A stretch of 64,000 nt of DNA from Tubiluchus corallicola (lineage: Eukaryota; Animalia; Priapulida), in contig JAQGDQ010000259.1 in NCBI GenBank assembly GCA_030141605.1, forward strand, positions 124,001 to 188,000. The letters run 5' to 3'. Below are positions 41,701 to 54,100 of this stretch, piece by piece (position 1 is the stretch's first letter; each line of letters starts with the position of its first letter). The translations under genes were made by a program, and so were the position numbers. The notes under the pieces are model-generated. The model worked only from the letters and a program-made list of their open reading frames with translations, was not told the origin of the DNA and made no database searches.

Positions 41701-44700
41701 TGCAAACTTCGATAATCAATTAGAAATTGAAAACTGAAAAAAAAAATTAAACCTAATTAGTTAATTAATTACACTGTCTGCATGGCCACATTTTGCAGGA
41801 CAGAAAATAAAAAAAATGTAGAAAACAGTTAAGTATTTAGCAATGAAAAAAGGGGATAGGGCAGCTGACCTATATATGTCACAATGATCACACACTGGTC
41901 TCACATCACACCTAAATGGAATTTTCAATGAATACTACGAGTTCAGGTTTCGGGCTACAAAAGTCGTTCATTATGACAAAAACGAGCATTTTGTCTAAAA
42001 CTGCAGCCCTACTTGGCATTAACCCAAGTAATCCGCTACACTAACAAACGAATTTTCGCGCACAACAATTTTTCTATAAAAACGAAATTTTCTACACATA
42101 CATAAATCCAATTTAGTATCAGATTAAACCAACTACCACCTTGAAAAGATGCTAGGTCAATGGAGATGCAGTTTGCTCATACGAGATTAGCCGTCATCTA
42201 TAATTTTGCTGCACAGAAGAGGTACGAATGCTGAGGACATAACCTGCGCTTTCATATTTGCGACTGTGGTCATCACACAGACGGAGCAGTTAGAGTAAGC
42301 TTTTTCTTACTATACCACAACAGCTATGACACATGTACATACACGTGAGTGTACGTTTAAAGGAAATGATAAGTCACTTTCCTTCTTTACTGTTTATTTT
42401 ACTGTTATCAATAAAACTTAGAAAAATTTAACAACATTTGCAAAAGATTGTCCATGAAGCATAAAGTTAATATATACTGCCGCTGTAAACAAATTTTCAG
42501 GCGCAGTGGCAGCCCCTATTCACTTGAACATTATGACGTAACTGGTCGACTTCATGACTTTTCGTGAGCGCATCATAGCTTTCTGTAAGCGCGCGCTGAT
42601 TAAACTAATTCAAACTTCTGCAGCTCACTTAATGTTTACGCAGAAGTATCACAAAATTAGCTGTCTAATTATTTGTAAAAACTAATTGTTTTGGCGGAAA
42701 TTGACAGTTGGATGCTTTTCTTCAGTCCATGAATGACGTCATTGGTGAAAAATGAACGTTCAAATTAAGATGATCGCGACTTTACAAAAGTATTTTACTA
42801 ATTACAAGTGGCGCTTATCACACTTAATATTAGTTCCTTTTAACATTTTTCACGAAACTTGAAATAAGCCTTACTTCCCAGAAGGCATGGCCTTTTTTTG
42901 GGAGCGCAAGTTACGCGAAAAATCATCGGATATGTTCGTCTCAGTCTCAGAAATAGCCTGATATTGCATTGGTCTGAACAACCATAAATCATTATAAATA
43001 ACGGACTAACCTTTGTGCTGCTGTATTGCACTCGGTTAGTAATATAATAAACTACAGCAAGCGTAATTCATAACAAGTATGAAATATATATATATATATA
43101 CGCGCTCAAGCATATAGAAATTACGCACGTTGTGTAACATTATGATCACATCAGAAGCCACACACCGCTTGAGTGACATATGTTGTGTGCCAGAATAACA
43201 ATTCTCAAATAGTTTGCGTGAAACATAGCAGCTTGTGTGTGCTAAATAACTTTCAAATTATTCTGAACTAAAACTTCAGTTCTGATAATAATTTATTCGA
43301 ATTTAGGTAAAAAAAAGTCACAAAAAGGTCAAATAAAAATTAAAATAGAAAAAATCCTAACACTAATCCTAGCCAAAATTGTATGTTTTTTCTGCGACTT
43401 TATTACCGGTCACTTTTTATTCTACCCATCGTAAGTCGGTATGTAGTTAATCTCAAAAAGTCTGTAAATATGAAACTTAAATGACTTCCATTACAATACC
43501 ACATGAACAACAGTCATAGAATTCTACTTTCTGCACAAAATCGCTAGTATTTTTCTGATATAATCACTACGACCACTGAAATTTTTTTAATATTACGATT
43601 AACAACCCTAAAACTAGATAACAAACTGTACCTTACGTACGTAAAACATTCTTCACTACAAAAATCATCTATCAAAAAGGAACTTAGATAAAAATGGTAA
43701 GGTAAAAATGGCATGGTAAAAGTGGCACAGGAAAAAATGACACTCTTAGTAAAATATGAGCTTAGGGTTACTGTGTGATATAATTATTTTAGTTATTTTT
43801 ACCTCTGCCAATGAAATTACACTTCAACACACTTTGTTCGCTTGGTTGGTTGTTTTTAACATTTCATTTTTTACAGACACAAAACTTTCTAAGCAGAGTA
43901 AAAACTTTCACTAATTTACAGAGGCTACAGAGGTTAACTGGTAGATCAATGTGGCCTGGAAAATCAAATATTTTAAATCGTTTACGCGTAATTTTCCCAC
44001 CCAACTACAACACATTAATTACTTCAACAACAATTGTACATGAACCTCATTCAAATTTGAAAACTGGTTAGAAAGTCAGTCAGCTTGTAAAACTGTAGGA
44101 TCAATAGCTTTCAGTAATAAATGGTTGATTTTACAATTTAGGAATTAGAAAATCTCAATTAGTCTGTCACTGAAAAGGTGCTGTTGATGTGATAAATACG
44201 TTACGTATATACTTTGTTATCTTCGAGGCTTCAATCGACGATACAAACTACTGAAATTATGTAGCCAATTATGAAGCTGCTAAAGAGAACGTCAGCTCAA
44301 AATAAAAACTAGTAACGGTTATACTATCTATGGAATTATGTCAAGGTCCAATTAAACAGAAGTGAAATGGTAACTGAAACATGGTCATTGAAGACGAACA
44401 GGAAGCAACAGGTAAAAAAGTCACAGGAAAAAGAAATAATCCTAACCCCAACTATAACACTAACGCTAACACTAGTCAAAATTAATTGTGACTTTTTGTC
44501 CTGTGGTTTTTTCCAAAACAAAATTGTCTTTGTTATCGGTCACCAGACTCATCGCGAAGAGTATTAGCAAGGTATTGTAAAACGATAAGAGAAGCATGGC
44601 GTTTAAATTTCGAATCATAGAATTATACTTTTAAAATTAAGATTGCAACTGTACAATGTTTTTAACTCACTTTTATTTTGACAAATGATGAACGTTTGAG

Positions 44701-47700
44701 CCAAGAGAACTTTGTCTTGGGTGGCTGGCCAAGTGGTCTACATTTCGGACTGCAACCAGACAGTCTTGAGTTCGAATCTATCGGCTGTTAACGTCTGGAC
44801 ATATACCCTACTTGTTCTTCGTTGTTTGCGTGTTGCTCCTGTGTAATTGTTGTTAAGATTAGTGTAAGTCGCTAAGTAGCCATTAGTCTTAATGCTGTCT
44901 GTCTGTTTGTCTGATTAGTTTGTTACCTGATGCGAAACAAAGTATTTTCTAAATCATGGAAATTAGGTGTACAACAGCTAGTACTTAAGATGTAACTGAG
45001 CAATTTTTCTTCAACCCTTTCTAGCTTTCGTAAAGTTAACTCATTTATTTACAAACAAACTCACTTATAACCGTGTACAGTTGTACTATGTAGTAGTTAC
45101 CATAGGCGGGGGCGGATATTGATAGTTTGTAGGCGTGAGACTCAGAGAATAGACGGCAACAAAGATCGCAGGGTGCCTTGTTTTGCATGAAGTGTGGGAG
45201 TGTTCGTAGGCAATTTCAGTTAACTTAGTAAACTTACATAACATTTCGATGAGTAATCTACAATTCTCTGCTTCAAAATTTCGATTACACAAAATTTCGA
45301 AAAAATGACAAGTGGGTAGTTTTGTTCGCCGTAATAAAGTCACAGCGGGGTGTCCAGGAAGTTCTTCGGTGAATTTAAAAACATCCAAAACTCGATTGCG
45401 TGACTTGGTACAATTCGCAGACAGCGCGTCGATCTTTTCAATACCACAATTATTGGGGGGGGGGGGTGCCAAATACATCTTACTCAAGCTTGGCTATAGT
45501 GAAATTTCTAGCAACTGACATCTAGCATCTAGTTAGCCGCCAGCCAGGAGATTTGTACTTTCCTAGATGCACGCACTATGATAAAAAAATATCCAACTTG
45601 CAAAAATACATCTCCAACATGACATTGCAACAATGGACTGTCCGATTGCTACTTTGATTTGTTCACTTCCAAACTTCCATATGAACTATTATTCAGTTTT
45701 GTAAACAAAACAATCCACATTCTACAGTGTAGCTACACTTTTTTGTCCTACAACTAGCTGTAAAGCAAGAAACATTTTGAAAAAGACAGCAAGACATTAA
45801 AGACAAAGCGAAACACTTACAGAAAGTGAGAGCAAAGAGCAGTTAGAAAATTAAACACAATATGTTTACCAACAAACAAATAAACTGCGCCTATTTACAC
45901 AATGCACTAGTATACTTCAATATGAGAACTCGCGAATAATACATTAGACGTACATTAAATGCCATATTCTATTATTAAATAAGTATTATAGACAATAAAC
46001 TGACCAAAACGGGAGGTCTACGAACTTCACCCAAGCTTCAATTAGAAATTGAGAAAGTCTTCGTGTCCCCCATAAATGCAATGTTATGATGTGAACATGA
46101 GTGACCGAATGAGTCGAACAGATCACAGATGAACAAACGAGTGATTACAGGAACACGACCATTTTAAAATTGTCAGGCACTAAATAAACTGAATAAATAA
46201 TGATGCAACTATCCTGTCCGCGAAATACAAGCAGAAAGACGTTGAAGAAGAAAAAGAAAACTAGATTTAAAATAATTTGCTTAACTTAAAGGAAAACCGG
46301 ATGATTGTTTATACTCAATCTCATTTTAATTTACGGTCCAAAATATATGTTTTCTTGCCTATAAAAGTTAGCAATTGTTTCTTACATTTGAATAATTTGC
46401 TTAGAAAGTTAATGGCAACCGAACACAGCTATTGCTTACGTCAGAAACTAACCACAGTTTGTGCAATAACAGGCATCTTCCCATGCACGTCAAGCACGTT
46501 TGCGTAAGTTTTACAGTACTGCTTAAACGCGTGCTGCCACGAAAATGAGCTCTACGTCATATGACGTCAGAAACTAGCACAGCAGTTCATGATGATGGTT
46601 ATCACGGTACCGCCTTCTATTTGTCGGCCACGCGCATGTGACAAAAAGGCGCCGTTGCCAATCTTAGTAGATTGACCGAGCCGCACGTAGCTTTGAAAGT
46701 TTAACAAAATTTGACTATCTGAGGTAATTACTATTTAATCTAAGGTTTGATTCAAAAAAAGCTATTGTAGTTTTCAATATTTTAGAGCTTTCTTTATTCT
46801 GAACTAATGTTTACACAATCGTCCGGTTTTCTTTTAACAATCACTAACAATTTTAATGAAACATTTGTTCCATTTAGCATTAAATAGTTCATCTAGTAGC
46901 TATACATACATCTGTACAGGGCAACAAGACCATTAAAACCTGGTGACCTCATAAATCCCTTTTATCTTTTAATTGGTCATGCTATTTAGCTGTGTACACA
47001 CAATTTACAAGCAAACACAAAAAGGCAGGTAGAAAGGCACTTTACAGCAATTCGGTTTAGCCTCGTTGCTGCAATGAAACCAAACGACCAGACAATAAGA
47101 CAAAATCAGAGATCATACAATGTTGTTAAATTTTGAGAGTCGGGGGTTCTATATCACCAGAGTGTAGCAGTTAACTAACCCAAACACACAATTACGACAA
47201 CCACAAATGTCCTCCCACGCCATTTCTTGAAGTAGCTCAAGGGTGATAAACAAACATAAAAAATAAATAAATAAGTTTAATGTCACCACAATTTCCGCAG
47301 TTACGTATCACCTATACATTGAAGTTGTAACACAACATTATAGGTTTACCGGAAATTTTAATTTAATTCTAATTCAACAATATGTCGTTTAATGATGTTG
47401 TTTGAAGAGAAAATAATTTAACTGTTTAATCATTACACAAGATAATCCATTAGTATACAAATACGATAATAAATATTATATGATGTCATTGAATAAGTTA
47501 TAACACATGAAGGCCGTAATCAATATTAATTGAAACTGACATGCTCCACTACAAAAAATTCAAGTCAACAAAAAGCCCAACACAGAGAGAAAATGCCGCA
47601 GGACCGCAGAACTAGCAAAATTACAAAAAATGATATCAGAATCATTTAAGAAGTTCCTAACATAACAAACTAATAACTTTGAAACCTTGACAGTTAGAAC

Positions 47701-48102
47701 AAGCAAACATAAAAAAGCTACTATGTAGAAAGCCATTTCTGTAGATGTGTGTGACCATAAAATGAAAAATCTCCACAACAAAAATGCCCAGGGAAAACCA
47801 TCAGAGTATGTAGTCCAGTATTATCAAAATCTGTCTATCAATTCAAATACAACTTTACTCATCACTGAAACTCTACAAAACTGAATCCTGGAAATTAACT
47901 TGTTCTTATCTTGAAATTATCCTCAGTGCTATGAAATGCTTTCTCTCTCCCTCGCTCTTTACTTGTGATGAGGCTGACAAAACTCCTTTCATTACTTGCA
48001 AATTGGTGGACTCTGTAATTATGTCTTCTGTCTTGGTGCTTCTAAAGCTGCACATGAGATTCTCAATAGCTTGATCATCTGCACGAATCAATCCAACGAA
48101 TC

Positions 48103-48153
<51 letters not shown>

Positions 48154-51100
48154 TTTATTGCCTAAAATCCACACAAAAATGCTTTTAGGAGTACAAACAA
48201 TTAAGTCACAAAAATTACATAAACGCTTAAAAGACTAACTTTACTACGTTATACAGACACAGATTAAAAAAACAAAAAGTTAAAAAACTTCTAAGAATAA
48301 AAATATTTTGATCTGACGTTTAAAAACAGCAATACTTCTAGCTAGAGTTTTTGACTTCATCTGAAAGCGCATTTCATAAACGAGAGGCAGCGCTGGAAAA
48401 AGATATACTGAAACAAAACTAGTTCTAGGTTATACTAAAATATTAGTATCAGATGACCTTAGTCAGCCGGATGGTGTGTACGTTTGTAAGAGTTCACATA
48501 AATAATTGGGAAGAAGTCCATTCATGCATTTGTAAGTAATAATAATTTTAAATTTAATTCTTTGATGGACTGGAAGCCAATCCATAGTTCCATGAGAGTG
48601 GGTGTTAGGACAGAATTTCTTGCTACGGGTCAGTACGCGAGCTGAAACATTCTGGACTCTTTGGAGTTTCCAAATAACAGCAGTCTGATACCCTATAAAC
48701 AAGTGAATTGTAGTAATCAAGACGTGAAGTTACAAAAGCATGAATAAGATGCTCCACTGTTTTACAATCAAGAACGTGCGTTATTCTACTGGTATTACGT
48801 AAATGAAAGAACGCTGTACTACAAACAAACACTGTTCAATGTTCATTTCATATGTGGTTTAGGTTCAAACATTTTCTAGCACGTTTCTAAAGACATTAGT
48901 GACATCTTTGACAATTCTTAGAAAGTATCGGTTTGGCTTAGATCACAAAAACTGTTCACACTGTTAGAAAGTGCAAAAATAACACGTAGCATCTGAACAC
49001 CTGTGGAATTTTCCTCAACTTATTCAAAGCATTCAACACTATTTAGTACAACGCAGGGATATTTTTACGCAAACTCGAAAACTATAAAACCAAAGGCACA
49101 ACTTTTACGGTCTTGTCTGCAAACCAGAAAACAATTTTCGAGTAAACTAAATGTGCTCATAAAACTTAAATCAATTTTGCCATGTCAGCAAGCAGGCAAA
49201 AGTTGACAAACTGCATGATTATTTCCAAATTTTAGGCAAAAGCCGAATTAAATTGTAACAAATTTAACAATCGCATAGATATGTACTTGAGATAGAAATA
49301 GAATTGAATAGCATGAAAGGATATTTTTGACAAGTTATAACAGGACATGCAGTCATGCACATCAAATCTAAATTTTATGAACTTAATAAATTGACTGGAT
49401 TGTTCTATAAGTTACACTAAGTTCAAAGACCCATTTATCCTCAAAACTATTCTTTGCCTATTCTTTCCACAATACAATGCCAATTACGTATATTCCATAC
49501 TAGCACCACTTACATATTCTGTAAATCACGTATTTTTGTAATTTCTCAGATCACAAATTAAAATTTCGCACAGGTAGCACTATTTTGTATATAAATTTTC
49601 ATAGTGCTCTATCATATATTTTTAAATAGATTTTAAATGACGTTACTACACCAGTCATAACTTTTTAGCCCATATATTGAATATGTGCATGAGTTTTCTA
49701 TGAGCGCTACTGACTTTCTACGGAAGTTTTCTATTGCATTTTCTGGCATAAGAAATGCAATACTGAAAGCATGCTTTCTAATAGGGAAATATTTAATTAC
49801 TATGTACATCAATTTTGTATACTTATTATGTATATATAAAGTATGAGCAGATGAATAATTTTTACTGTCCTGCAACATTATTTCATTGATTAATTCCTCC
49901 GATTTTTGGCTTATTCCTCCGATAATACTCCACAAATACATTCATAATTTCGATCTTGTATGTAACATGTATCTGCCATTTAAAAACACTTGTCTAAATA
50001 TGTCAATGAAATGGTAAATGGAACAAATAAAAAGTGACGCTAATACGATGAACAATGACGTTTTTAGCGCATCAAAATTCAATAACAAAGTTTTAGGACT
50101 TTTATGCGTGTTAAAAGCCCGAGAAAGGCTACCTGATATAAATAAACATAACAAAATCAGGTTAACCACTCTGACAGCCCCTAGCTATACCATGAGAGGT
50201 CCATTAGATTAAATGTCCATCATTCTGATATGAAAATTTATTATGCCAGTGCTAACTACGAAAATGCACATTCAAACATGTCAAACAGAAGCATAGAAAT
50301 GATCTTGGATGATCCCTTCACCAATAAGATGCGAGTTCTTTGAGGAAACCACATCACCTGTTTATGTATCATACGCTGAACAAAGTATATACGACAAATA
50401 GTTAGTGTACACAATGTACCAGTAAAGAAGCATCTTAAAAAAAAAATACATTATAAAGTATTTAACCACGTCGAGTTTCCAGACTTGCATAGTTTTCTGG
50501 CAAAACACTTCATTCTTCGAAAATAAGAGCTTCGTACGATTTCCTCCTCATGAAATAACTCGTAAGAGACCAGCCTCAACTTCAGTATTATAACACCAAT
50601 AGTATATTAAATTTATTGTTTTCTTTAACAAACAAGTAGCTTTTGTTTTAATTTAAGTGATGGACATGTGATTTCGTCTTTCCTTCTGTGCAGTTGAACA
50701 ATACGTCTCAGCCTAACCAAGATTATGATGTAGGACTTGTCCAACGTACAACATAATGTAGCCCGCATAGTAACTACAGGGCAGCTCCAAAAATTGGCAA
50801 CGTACGTCTAAATATAAAAGCTCTAAATTGAATCACATAACCTTTGCTAAATTTGCTTGTGCTTAGCTACAGAGCTCTAAATTACATGACGCAAACCCTA
50901 AAAAATCGAACCAAACTACTATAAAAATACGAATTCACTTGACCACAACCCTGGTGCTGCCACACAAGATTACATTTCATCACCTAATAAAATGCAGGAG
51001 ATGACGATGTTACAGAAACAGCTGAAGATGGTTTCTAGCCTGCCACATTTCCGTGACGTAGAAGCGCTGTGCCAGTCAATTAACTGGCTTAATATTTTGC

Positions 51101-54100
51101 AAAGGTCAACACATTCCAATGACCCGAGTCGCCACTCTACTGAAACACCAAAGTTGCTATAATTAATAACCTAATAAAACATTTCCTTTGTTTGTACACA
51201 AACACGGGGGGCGAATAAACAAAAATAGAAGCAAACTCTCCGCAGTGGGCGAATGATTGGGTGTTTTTAATGACAGCTTGGCCGGCAGACGTCAACAAAT
51301 TCTGTGGTCTGCACGGTTGGAGATTTTTCCACAGGAAGTTAGAGGAACGTTTGAAGTAACACTAATGAGATAAGGCAAGCACGCTTCCAAGGAAAAGAAA
51401 ACCTCGCTTTACAAACGCCGTTTCTATCTTTAACAGTAATACACATTACCGCTTTCACTTTGGTCTACTATCTACCTGTGTAATAAGTTTATAAAGAAAC
51501 TTTAAAGACAAATTGTGCGTCATTATCACCCATGCGGAAGATATTTGATGCTTCTTTGTAATATTTGTGTTGTGGAGTATTTGTAACGTTTTATGTTGTG
51601 CTAGCTATACATGTATGTACACGAAATATATTGTATTGTATATGAACAGAACAGAAAGTACCGTTCGAATGTCTAATTGTACCGTGTGATGCGTCTTGTG
51701 CTCATGTCAATATACGTGTGTATGCTAGCTGTATGATACATATTATTTTATATGCGAGCTGCTTGAATAATTGTATTTGTAAAGGAGTGCTTTAGTTTTT
51801 AGATACATGCATAACTGTAGTTTACGTCACTTTTTACTTTACTGCTTGAGTTTTTGTTCATTCCTACTAGATTTAATTTTTTCGCACCAGACGCAGCTGC
51901 CTATTAGCGGACTAGCTGATTCATTACAGTCACACTGAATGATGTATCACATTGTATAATGTATGCATGTACGTATGGCAAACATGTACGTATGCCTGTG
52001 TGAATAAAGAGATATATTATATAGGTGTGTACGTGGGTGTGTGTTTTCGATATGAATTCTTAATAGAAATAGTTACTCATAACAATTAACAACTAGCAAA
52101 GTATCTTTCGTAATGATACTGAACCAGTATAAATCTAAATCATTTTCCTCAATAACAGAAAATTTAGGAGTAAAATGCGTTATCATGGAAGGCTGGAAGC
52201 ATCCCATTTTATTTAATTAAAACTGTTAATAACGCCTACACTTCACAGAATGATGCGCATATATACATAAGTACCTGGAAAACTGCAAAAGCAAATAAAT
52301 AAAACATTTTAAGCTGAACAATATGAAACACACGAGACTTCAAACACTGATAAACCAATCACACAAAACCTGTCGTTTTTTTATTTCTCAGTTTATCAGA
52401 AACACTTCTACTTTATTGGAACACGCATCCCCAGTAAGACAAACCCAGCTGTGACCCATGGCCCAACGACCCACTACCAACTATTGAATATTAGAAGAAA
52501 TTTTTTAACGACTCGCTTGGTTAGGAAGCGCAACATACAGAGAGCAGTTGTGGCTAATGATTGTATTCAGTCCAATGAGCTTTTCCTCTCGTCTTTTCTA
52601 CCTCGATGCACAGTTAGTTTATTAGCTTCGTCACAGATAGAGTAAGATATACGATCAATATGTGAGCAGCAGCGGCAGAACAAGCTAGTCTAGTCTGTCA
52701 ATAACCTGTACGCGCTGTACGTCCATGCATGCTTTACTTAACTCCCATACATCTCTCACATGGTCGTGCAGACCTCACTTAGATAATCATGCAGTTCGGT
52801 GACTGCATCAGACTTCATTTAACAAGAAACCATGCATTGGTGCTTAACGTCAAACTAAGCAGTCACTATAATATAAGCTCTCACAACCTAAAACCCTACT
52901 CTTATTACTAGTATTCAATTTATTTTATTATAAACTTACTGTAAAACTTGTTTCTTTTGATTTTTTATCACTTCATTGTTAGCAGTATTAAATTTGAAAA
53001 AGCGTCATTTTTTCGTTGCACGGACCGACTGGCGTTACGAGTACAGTGACTACAGTCACGAGGTCATCAAAGATCGGTAAACATACATCGACAACCAAAG
53101 ACGCTTTCTGCATCTCGTACTTCAATCTCGCTTACTCGCGCCAAAGACGCGAAATATGGAGATCTTTACGACAATCGCCAGAAAAAAGCAAGTTATTTAA
53201 ATTGTAAGTCTTTTTCGTTTAATAATAGCCGAATTCTTTGTGTAATCCTAATAATGTGTTTCAAAACCTGTTGGGGTTATATGGGCCTTTAAATAACCCA
53301 TCAACTCCGGGGTGGGCATACAGCGATTAAGGAGAACTAAAAATTTCTCTGGCTATGTTCAAGGTCAAGGTCAGGTACACTGAAATTCAAAGTCAAATGC
53401 CCACAGTAATCCGCAATCCCTCTATTTACTCCTGCCACCCCCACCCCCTCCGGTGTAGAGCATGACTGGTTTTATAAATCATCTCAAAGGCTTTAAAACT
53501 ATACCGCAAAAACATCAGGATTAAAAATAGCATCCTTGAAGGTGAAATTCAAGGTTAAATATGCAAATGTGACCCCACCCGTTAGTACTTCCTAATTCTG
53601 GACTTGCCCATATGTTGCTTCCATCATTATGACTCTCCTATTACTACGTAGTACCTACGAACGAATATAACAAGAAAACCTATAGATTAGAAGCTTCACT
53701 AGACTGGCGCCACTCCTTTGCACAGGTGAGAAATACGAACAGAGGATGCTAGCTTGCTAAGCAGACGGTGTTGGGGGTTTGGTGAGTTGAAAAATGGGGG
53801 TGGCTGCGCACATACACTGGCTGAACCTAAAACAGAGATACGGCACATTGCGTTCTCATATGGACTCGGACAGTTACAGGAAAACGTTGCTGAGAGAAGA
53901 ATTTTGCGATCAACTATTCGAAGAGGTCTCCATTCTTTTGAGCAGGAATAAATCGACAGCGAAGGCAGTCGTTGCAGCAACATCTACCCAGCAACTATGA
54001 ATATGAAGGAATTTTACTCGAGAATTGGTCTTCATACTCACAACAGAAGATACATAAATCCAAATAAGCGATCTTCGCAACTGATGGACAACCTGACGAT

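Noticed and set aside
44719-44790. Functional tRNA-Cys(GCA) gene
   Set aside because: A and B boxes are present but the acceptor and anticodon stems do not pair; SINE-like body and tail follow.
47996-48238. Poly-Ile ORF
   Set aside because: Translation of the (AAT)17 tail of the L2-like LINE.
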